From the NCBI RefSeq assembly GCF_009914755.1, contig NC_060934.1: a DNA stretch of 64,000 nucleotides; one strand, given 5' to 3'. Both the position numbers and the translations under genes were made by a program. Origin of the DNA: the human T2T-CHM13v2.0 reference genome, Homo sapiens. Below are positions 46,264 through 64,000 of this stretch, one piece after another; position 1 is the first letter of the stretch, and each line of letters opens with the position of its first letter. The notes below the pieces were generated by a model. That model saw nothing but the letters and a program-made list of their open reading frames with translations, was not told where the DNA came from and did no database searches.

Positions 46264-47358
46264 TGTGGGGCAGACTCCTCACTCCTCCAGACCTCACCTA
46301 TGAATGACCTTAAAAGTGAAAGTTTGTACTTTTTAGGGGCTGCAGGATGCCCAAGCCTAAAGGTTATTAATTTTCGTATTGGATTCTAAATGGATATGGC
46401 TGTAGGAGGGGAGGGAGTGACAGAGCGTGTTGCAAAGAAGCTTATCTAACACGTTTTTGAAGAGAGAGGCTGTAGGAAGCAGTGGTTTATCGAGATGGTG
46501 TAGCCTGCTCGGGCACTGGAGACCTGGGTCCTGGGCTTATCTCTCTCATTAGTTAATACATCACCTGAGCCAGCTGCCTCACTTTTTGGCATTTTAGGTA
46601 CCCTCACAAGTAAAATGACTGTTGGTGGATCAGCTGATGTCCCCCACACACCCACTCTCATACCCACCTGGGCTGTCTAGTGGTGATGCTGTGAGTTTTG
46701 TTTTATATTTCCCTAAAGAGGTGCGACCGTGACTGCCGATACCTCCTGCTGTGGCCAAAGCACTTCTCTGAGACTTGGCCTGCTGGCTGCTTTTGAAGAC
46801 CACCTCTCTCCTGGAGCATCTGAGGAGTTCCATTCTGTGTCAAGTTTTCCCCCCACCTGCAGGCTCACCATAGCCAAGACTACCCCAAATGCAATCCCTT
46901 GTGACATTTCAGTAGCCGGGCCCTTTGAAGACAGGATAGCTGCTTGAAGCAGAGATGATCCTAAATGTGGTCCAAGGGTGGTCCCCAGAGCAGCAGCATC
47001 CGTATCACCTGGAATTGTTAGAAATGCAGATTCTTGGGCCCCAGATCAGACCTACGGAGTTAGAAATTCTAGCCAGAAATCTATGTTGTAACTAACAAGC
47101 CCTCCATGGGGATTGTGATGCTGAAGTTTGGGAACCACTGGCTTGGAGTATCTTACTCTCCAGTAAGTGTGGTATCAAAGGAGTTCAGTGGGTTGCTACT
47201 TAACACAACTGGACTCTAGTCCAGTCAAGTAGTTGTCACACCCCTAGTCCCCATTGAACTGTGTCTTCTTTAGCCACTTCTTAGAAGCCCTTTTCTTTCA
47301 CATACTAAGGAAGGACTAAGACTCTAGCAAAAACGTGACCTTCAAGAGTTAATGAACA

Positions 47359-48497
<1,139 letters not shown>

Positions 48498-48629
48498 GTT
48501 AATGCACATGAGAATCTGACCTAAGAAGACTTCTATGTTAATATGCTAGTCTCTCCTCCACACAAGAGTCAACAGGAAGTGGTATTAGCTTCTGATTTTG
48601 GTATTGGTCACCTGACCAAATACAGTAAG

Positions 48630-51600
48630 TGAGAGGTGACAGCGTGCTGGCAGCCCTCACAGCCCTTGCTTGCTCTTGGCGCCTCCTCTGCCTTGGCTCC
48701 CACTTTGGCGGCACTTGAGGAGCCCTTCAGCCCGTGCTGCACTGTGGGAGCCCCTGCCTGGGCTGGCTGAGGCTGGAGCCGGCTCCCTCAGCTTGCGGGG
48801 AGGTGTGGAGGGAGAGGCGCGGGCAGGAACCGGGGCTGTACGCGGGGCTTGTGGGCCAGCGAGAGTTCCGGGTGGGCGTGGGCTCGGCAGGCCCCGCACT
48901 CAGACCAGCAGGCCTGCCCCGCTGGCCCCCGGCAGTGAGAGGCTTAGCACCTGGGCCAGCAGCTGCTGTGCTTGACTTCTCGCTGGGCCTTAGCTGCTGC
49001 CTCCCTGTGGGGCAGGGTTCGGGACCTGCAGCCTGCCATGCTTGAGCCTTCCCCCACCCAACCCCACCAGCCATGGGCTCCTGCACAGCCAGAGCCTCCC
49101 CGACGAGCGCCGCCCCCTGCTCCACGTTGCCCCTTCCCATCGACCTTCCAAGTGAGAGGTGACAGCATGCTGGCAGCCCTCACAGCCCTCGCTCGCTCTG
49201 GGCACCTCCTCTGCCTGGGCTCCCACTTTGGCAGCACTTGAGGGGCCCTTCAGCCCACTGCTGCACTGTGGGAACCCCTTCCTGGGCTGGCTGAGGCCTG
49301 AGCCCGCTCCCTCAGCTTGTGGGGAGGTGTGGAGGGAGAGGCGTGGGCGGAACCGGGGCTGCGCATGGTGCTTGCGGGCCAGCCCGAGTTCCAGGTGGGT
49401 GTGGGCTCCGCGGGCCCTGCACTCAGAGCGGCCGGCTGGCCCTGCCGGCCCCAGGCAATGAGGGGCTTAGCACCCCGGCCAGCGGCTGCAGAGGGTGTGC
49501 TGGGTCCCCCAGCAGTGCCGGCCCACCAGTGCCGGCCCACCAGTGCTGTGCTGGATTTTTTGCCAGGCCTTAGCTGCCTCCCGGCGGGGCAGGGCTCAGG
49601 ACCTGCAGCCCGCCATGCCTGAACCTCCCCCACCCTCCGTGGGCTCCTGTGTGGCCGGAGCCTCCCCGACAAGCACCGGCCCCTGCTCCACTGCGCCCAG
49701 TCCCATCAACCACCCCAAGGGCTGAGGAGTGCCGGCTCATGGCGCGGGACTGGCAGGCAGCTTCACCTGTGACCCAGTGCTGGATCCACTGGGTGAAGCC
49801 AGCTGGGCTCCTGACTGCTGGGGACTTGGAGAACCTTTATGTCTAGCTAAGGGATTGTAAATACACCAATCGGCACGGTGTATCTAGCTCAAGGTTTGTA
49901 AACACGCCAATCAGCACCCTGTGTCTAGCTCAGGGTTTGTGAATGCACCAATGGACACTCTGTATCTAGCTACTCTAGTGGGTACTTGGAGAACCTTTGT
50001 GTCCACACTCTGTATCTAGCTAATCTAGTGGGGACGTGGAGAACCTTTGTGTCTAGCTCAGGGATTGTAAACACACCAATCAGCACCCTGTTAAAACAGA
50101 CCACTCAGCTCTCTGTAAAATGGACCAATCAGCAGGATGTGGGTGGGGCCAGATAAGGAAATAAAAGCAGGCTGCCCCAGCCAGCAGTGGCAACCTGCTG
50201 GGGTTCCCTTCCATGCTGTGGAAGCTTTGTTCTTTCGCTCTTTGCAATAAATCTTGCTACTGCTCACTCTTTGGGTCTACACTGCCTTTATGAGCTGTAA
50301 CACTCACCACGAAGGTCTGCAGCTTCACTCCTGAAGCCAACAAGACCACGAACCCACCGGGAGGAACAAACAACTCCAGACGCCCCACCTTAAGGGCTGT
50401 AAGACTCACCGCGAAGGTCCACAGCTTCACTCCTGAGCCAGTGAGATCACGAACCCACCAGAAGGAAGAAACTCCAAACACATCCGAACATCAGAAGGAA
50501 CAAACTCCGGACACGCTGCCTTTAAGAACTGTAACACTCACCGCCAGGGTGTGCAGCTTCATTCTTGAAGTCAGTGAGACCAAGAACCCACCAATTCCAG
50601 ACACACAAAGGCTGAGGAGTGTGGGCACACGGTGTGGGACTGGCAGCCAGCTCCACCTGTGGCCACGGTGCGGGATCGACTGGGTGAAGCCAGCTGGCCT
50701 CCTGAGTCTGGTGGGGACTTGGAGAACCTTTATGTCTAGCTAAGGGATTATAAATACACCAATCGGCACTCAGTATTTGGCTCAAGGTTTGGAAACACAC
50801 CAATCAGCACCCTGTGTCTAGCTCAGGGTTTGTGAATGCACCAATGGACACTCTGTATCTAGCTACTCTGGTGGGGACTTGGAGAACCTTTATGTCTAGC
50901 TAAGGGATTGTAAATACACCAATGGGCACTCTGTATCTAGCTCAAGGTTTGTAAACACACCAATCAGCCCCCCGTGTCTAGCTCAGGGTTTGTGAATGCA
51001 CCAATTGACACTCTGTATCTAGCTACTCTGGTAGGGACTTGGGTAACCTTTATGTCTAGCTAAGGGATTGTAAATACACCAATTGGCACTCTGTGTCTAG
51101 CTCAAGGTTTGTAAACCATTCAGCACCCTGGTCTAGCTCAGGGTTTGTGAATGCACCAATCGACACTCTGGATCTAGCTAATCTAGTGGGGACATGGAAA
51201 ACTTTTGTGTCAACACTCTGTATCTAGCTAATCTAGTGGGGACATGGCGAACTTTTGTGTCTAGCTCAGGGATTGTAAACACACCAATCAGCACCCTGTC
51301 AAAACGGACCAATCAGCTCTCTGTAAAACAGACCAATCGGCTCTCTGTAAAATGGACCAATCAGTAGGATGTGGGTGGGGCCAGATAAAAGAATAAAAGC
51401 AGGCTGTCCGAGCCCGGAGTGGCAACCACCTGGGGTTCTTTTCACACTGTGGAAGGTTTGTTCTTTAGCTCTTTGCAATAAATCTTGCTACTGCTCACTC
51501 TTTGGGTCTACGCTGCTTTTATGAGCTGTAATGCTCACTGCAAAGGTCTGTAGCTTTACTCCTGAGCCAGCAAGACCACAAACCCACCAGAAGGAAGAAA

Positions 51601-51694
51601 CTCTGAACACATCTGAACATCAGAAGGAACAAACTCTAGACACACCGCCTTTAAGAACTGTAACACTCACTGCGAGGGTCCGCGGCTTCATTCT
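48630..51694 (+). mobile_element. Outer LTR12 (ERV9) solo LTR, split by a second LTR12 and 3'-truncated
   Basis: Starts TGAGAGGTGACAGCGTGCTGGCAG; GC-rich U3, tandem CCAAT/TCTAGCT repeats, AATAAAAG box near 51392; lacks the last ~40 bp. Confidence 0.92.
49153..50605 (+). mobile_element. Inner complete LTR12 (ERV9) solo LTR
   Basis: TGAGAGGTGAC...CCAATTCCAGACACA, flanked by a CAAG/CAAA 4-bp TSD. Confidence 0.92.
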
Positions 51695-51967
51695 GGTAGC
51701 TAAACATACACAGATCAATGGGGCAGCATAGGGGCCAAGGCACTGCAGGGGTTCTCATGACTCTGAGTCAGGTGCTGTCTTGACCGACTGGTTGTGTGAT
51801 TCCAGAAGCCTTCTTTCACCTGAAAAGGCCTCACTGGCCTCACCTATACAGTAAGTTTGCACATCATCTCCAGGGTTTCTTTCATTTCTACCCACTGTTT
51901 TTGTTTAGTAATGATGCCTTGCAGTCCTAATGATCTTGGAATCAAGAATGGTGACTAGAGAACTTCA

Positions 51968-52516
<549 letters not shown>

Positions 52517-53039
52517 AGCAATGCTTCCTATTCTAGCGCCTTGCTAAACTATGTGTGCTGCAGACTGTGTTCGTGATTCCGAATCCTAAAAACAACCGTC
52601 CTAGGCTTGTCTCTCAGCCTAGACTCTAGACTGATTTGGCTCATTTGGTTGTCTTGGAGACGTTCTAATTCTGAAGGGGGCAGTGGTCCCTTCTAGAAGA
52701 TAGCTGGTCTGCAAATGCACACCTCTGCTTAGTCTGAATCCTAAAGTTATAGCTTGAGCCAATTAAAGTGGCTTCTCATTTTTCTCTCACTCTGATCTCA
52801 AGGAGCCCTTTTTCTTCTAGTAATCTAGACCTTCCTCTTCCTATCACAGTCTCAAGGATTGTGCCCCCAAAGCAGATGCAAAGCCCTGTCTACCCCTTCT
52901 CCTTCCCCTGAGGTAGAGCTTTATCGAAGGTTTCTCTTGGTAAACGTTAGCTTTCTGAACTAAGGGCCGTCTTTTTTTTTTTTCCCGCTTAAGCCCATTG
53001 CATAACAATCTCTTGTTTTAATCTTTTGCCCAACACTGC

Positions 53040-53140
53040 TTTTCTTACTGTCAGAGGTTACTACAAGTGTTTGAACAGGTAACTTCTACCTTTGAACTTC
53101 TGTTGTGACAGATTCAAAGGTTCCAGGGGAGTGTGTTGGC
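53040..53140 (+). promoter_or_regulatory. ACSL5 distal promoter region with inverted CTTTGAA (TCF/LEF or HNF4-like) sites
   Basis: ACCTTTGAA at 53088-53096 and TTCAAAGGT at 53113-53121, immediately upstream of the putative exon. Confidence 0.45.
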
Positions 53141-53295
53141 CACTCTCAGGACAGTACACAGTAGCTTCGGGTGTGTCCCAGTCAGTCCTAGGAGCTGTGG
53201 AAAGAGTAGAAGTGCCTGAATGTGGTGCTGAATCAATACAGCCAGCTGTGAGGGGAGCACTTCCTGGACCCAGGAAGGGAGAGTCTTCTTCCAAG
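53140..53295 (+). other. ACSL5: Probable upstream non-coding first exon of ACSL5 (5' end approximate)
   Basis: Unique sequence ending in a consensus donor AAG|GTAAGC at 53296; ACSL5 is known to use several alternative first exons. Confidence 0.65.
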
Positions 53296-54289
53296 GTAAG
53301 CTGCAATGATACTACCTGCACTATATTGAATATATCTGTGAGATAGTAGGGAGGGGATTGGTGTGGGGAAAGAAAGTGGGATTTGTTATGCTCAACCTAA
53401 GGCTCTTTAATAACATGAAATTACATTTAGTTGAATAGTAATCTCAGCTGACTTGTGTGGGAGGCAAAGAAAAAAATCAGTTGGAAAAGGGGTGGAGATA
53501 TATGAGCTATCCAAATGCTAGCAGGGGATGGAATTGGAAGGGAACACTGATTTTGGTAAGTGTACTAAAGCACACCAAGCCAGAATGTGGGTCTCCTTCA
53601 TCTTCCATTAAGAAATTTCTGTCTCAGTGTAGTTAGAAGGATCGTGCGTCAGCTGCTGAGGGCAGAGAGTCCCATTTGGCAGACAGAGAGGAAGGGAATC
53701 AGCAGATATTCGATTAGGTGCTGGGGACTGTTCTGGGTAGATTATGTATGTTACTTCATTGGTGTATCTCATCCTATAAAGCAGGTGGTATCCTTCCCAT
53801 TTCACAGAGGCATAGTGCGTCTCCAGGCTGTTAAACAGCATGGCCTAAGCTACATAGCTCCAAGGTGGTGTGGCTAGAATTTGAGACTTGATTGGTCAGT
53901 TTCCACAGCCTGCCCAATAATGCAGAATTGTTGTGGGTTGCCAAAGCTTTCAGTTACCCCCTGAAATCCTGAGGGTGTCACTCATGTGCACAGAGGATTG
54001 ATAGGAATACAACTCTGATGGGCCTTTAGAATGACTCAACCTTCCTGAACTTGAGCATTTTTACTGGAGGAGGTCAATAAAAAAAAAAATAAATAAAACC
54101 TCATCTTCCCCTGGCCCTGAGCCCTTTGGTGAAGGAAGACAGCACCCGGTGAAGGGCTCAGAGGTATTAGTGTGGCTGAGATTCGACACCCACTCTGCCA
54201 TCCTCTGCTCTCCTCTAGAGGAAGTTGCCTCTTGGGGAGCTGAGTTCCTGAAACTAAGCAAATGACAAGTGCTCCTCCAGCTGTGAGAT

Positions 54290-54580
54290 GAGCCAGAGGA
54301 TGGAATGCCACAGGCCCCACTTCGTCTCCCAGCCCTTCATCTTTCTTCCATGTCCAAAGGCGGCTCCCCAGAGGCCAAGGGCTCAGCTCTTGTGTTCTCT
54401 GAGACTGTGGCACAGCTCACCCTGGCTTCCTTAGTAGGAAGCTTTTAAGAACTGCTCTGTAGAAAGAACAAACCCTAATCTAGCTCCAGCAAAGAGCCAG
54501 GATCATGCTGAACTTCCTGTGAGCCTTCGTGGGGGATCGAGGCTGGAGAAAGTGCTGCTTCATTCTGAGGTATCTGTGAG
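54290..54580 (+). other. ACSL5: Possible middle alternative non-coding first exon of ACSL5
   Basis: Candidate donors GAG|GTATCT (54570) and GAG|GTGGGG (54581) lie between the other two first exons. Boundaries cannot be fixed from sequence. Confidence 0.3.
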
Positions 54581-55189
54581 GTGGGGAAGGGGCAGGAAAA
54601 TTTGTCATTTCGGCTTCCTAATCTGAGAATGGTAGCTCCAGGGCCCCCCTGTAGCCACAGCCTTAGGCGGATCAAAAATGAGACTAATACAGGTCCTGGT
54701 AATACTGGGGGTGACCAAGGCGAAAGAATCGATTTTTAAGTTAAGTTTTGAGGTGTGACTGTATCAGAGGGAAAGAAACCATGCCAATTGAACGACTCAC
54801 AGCCCTGTCGTTCCTGACTTGCTTATTTTCTTGGCTTTGCCAGAACTTCTTCAGAGACCAAGGCAGGCAGCTCTGGCGACTGGAGAGAGGCGGGGTAGAA
54901 GGTGTTTGTGTGGGTCTGAGGGCTGAGGTACCCTCTAGCCAGACTTTCCTGTCCTCCGAATCCAGCAGGGAACAGCGTCACCTCTGCCTCTGTGAGGCTT
55001 CTGATCTGAGGGGGCACCTCAAGTCATTTTAGTTTGTTTGTTTTCATCTTAGTTGAAAGATGATAGGCCACAGGAGGGCAGGGTCAACTGTGTTGAGGCA
55101 AGCTGGCTTTTGTGTCGGCCCTTAGGGGCTGAGGTGAAAGGCTTTGACACGGAGCCAGGGTAGCTTTGGCAGCTTCTCCCCTCCTGGTC

Positions 55190-55250
55190 AGAACACTTCC
55201 ACTTTCAGTTGTGAAAAAAAAAATTAAAACCAGGAAGTGAAGTCCCCGAG
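55190..55250 (+). promoter_or_regulatory. ACSL5 proximal promoter with ETS and IRF-ETS motifs
   Basis: TTCCACTTTC at 55197-55206 and CAGGAAGTG at 55231-55239. Confidence 0.45.
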
Positions 55251-55336
55251 CACGTTAGAAAGCCTGACATGGCCTGACTCGGGACAGCTCAGAGCAGGGC
55301 AGAACTGGGGACACTCTGGGCCGGCCTTCTGCCTGC

Positions 55337-55475
55337 ATGGACGCTCTGAAGCCACCCTGTCTCTGGAGGAACCACGAGCGAGGGAAGAAGGACAGGGACT
55401 CGTGTGGCAGGAAGAACTCAGAGCCGGGAAGCCCCCATTCACTAGAAGCACTGAGAGATGCGGCCCCCTCGCAGG
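55337..55475 (+). CDS. ACSL5: Long-chain acyl-CoA synthetase 5: first coding exon of the long isoform (partial CDS; downstream exons are outside the window)
   Basis: MDALKPPCLWRNHERGKKDRDSCGRKNSEPGSPHSLEALRDAAPSQ(G) recognised as the N-terminal extension of human ACSL5 isoform a; phase-1 donor G|GTAAGG at 55476. Confidence 0.9.
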
Positions 55476-55986
55476 GTAAGGGGACCATCGAGGGGGTGTT
55501 ATTCAGCAAGGGGGTCTTGTGAGGGTGTGACAGAGGCCAAGGGGGCATCCTGACCCCCGACTTTCTTTAAGCGACTTAGAATCAAGGGCCGGCTGAGTTC
55601 CACGGGCACATCATGCTGTCTCCCTCCTGGTCTCGGTCATGCCTTCAGACCCTGTGTCAGGAGGAGCAACGGGAAGGAAGGATGTGGGGCATGCATGGGG
55701 CTCACTTTCCTTCTCTCGACTCTCTTGGGGAAGGTGAACCAAAACAGAGACCTCTTTTTGTGGGTCTGAGCATCCAGCATAGCTCCCCTGAGGTGGGCTG
55801 GGGGTTTGCCCTCAATTTTATGTTGGGTAAGACTGATGAATGAGACCAATGGGGTGGGAGAGACAGATGAATGGAGCTGAGTGTATTTTAGGAAGTAAGG
55901 CCACAGGTTAAGTCTCAGGTGCTGCTTAATTCCTAAGTACTTCCTTCCCAATGCCCACTCCCTGAGGGTCCTAAGGTGAATCTCAA

Positions 55987-56158
55987 AGACCCTCAGGGAG
56001 TAAGCACTGGAAAGGGACTCTACCACCGGAGACCCTCAGGGAATAAGCACTGGAAAGGGACTCTACCACCGGAGACCCTCAGGGAATAAGCACTGGAAAG
56101 GGACTCTACCACCGGAGACCCTCAGGGAATAAGCACTGGAAAGGGACTCTACCACCGG
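55987..56158 (+). repeat. 43-bp tandem repeat, 4 copies
   Basis: Unit AGACCCTCAGGGAATAAGCACTGGAAAGGGACTCTACCACCGG starts at 55987, 56030, 56073 and 56116; one substitution in copy 1. Confidence 0.97.
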
Positions 56159-56284
56159 GGCTTGGTACCTTCTGAGATATCAGCCTTTTTTTGGTGGTCT
56201 GAAAGGTAGAATTGAATCTATAGCTCCAATGTGTAGGTGATTAGTATTCTATATCAGAGGCAGAGTCTTAAAAAATAAAGTTAA

Positions 56285-63844
<7,560 letters not shown>

Positions 63845-64000
63845 CCATCTCTCTTTTTCTATGAGGATTGTCTTTTCAGAAACACAAATGCGTATATAAT
63901 TCATTGTAATTGAGAAGATAATGTACACACTGTCCAAATATTTTTTTCTTTCTCCCTGGCAGTACATCATGAGCTCTTTTCATATCATTACCTACAGATC

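Noticed and set aside
48657-50803. Dense overlapping Pro/Ala/Gly-rich ORFs (also 28470-29195)
   Set aside because: By-products of GC-rich LTR12 sequence; no gag, pol or env is present.
48620-51856. ATACAGTAAGT repeated on both sides of the LTR12 block as a TSD
   Set aside because: ERV9 TSDs are about 4 bp and the right copy lies ~150 bp beyond the LTR end; likely coincidence.
55476-55522. ORF-track continuation KGTIEGVLFSKGVL as ACSL5 coding sequence
   Set aside because: It lies past the GTAAGG donor and is intronic read-through.
55987-56158. Regular 43-bp repeats as a CRISPR-like array
   Set aside because: The units are contiguous with no unique spacers, there are no cas genes, and the context is eukaryotic; it is a minisatellite.

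Overview
Repeat-rich primate (human-like) genomic DNA, recognised from memory as the GUCY2GP-ACSL5 locus (human 10q25). On the minus strand, 14 exons (35607 down to 3370) reconstruct the N-terminal ~70% of a receptor guanylyl cyclase G: signal peptide, extracellular domain, TM helix and kinase-homology domain. The cyclase exons lie left of the window. It is a unitary pseudogene, with a 1-bp frameshift in exon 2, a frameshift plus GT>AT donor loss in exon 6, a GT>AT donor loss in exon 11 and two in-frame stops in exon 13. About 17.5 kb away, head-to-head, are the alternative first exons of ACSL5 (+), including the coding exon MDALKPP...PSQ(G) at 55337-55475. The rest is about 35 Alus, MIR/L2/L1 and MER relics, and several solo LTRs. 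I found no novel multi-gene system. The most notable unexplained structures are four short local templated duplications (one a 160-bp, 96% inverted repeat), an LTR12 nested in another LTR12 just upstream of ACSL5, an LTR7-in-LTR9 composite, a 43-bp AP-2-motif tandem repeat and a strong-Kozak 2-codon uORF in ACSL5. Gene and repeat family names come from recall; no database search was run.
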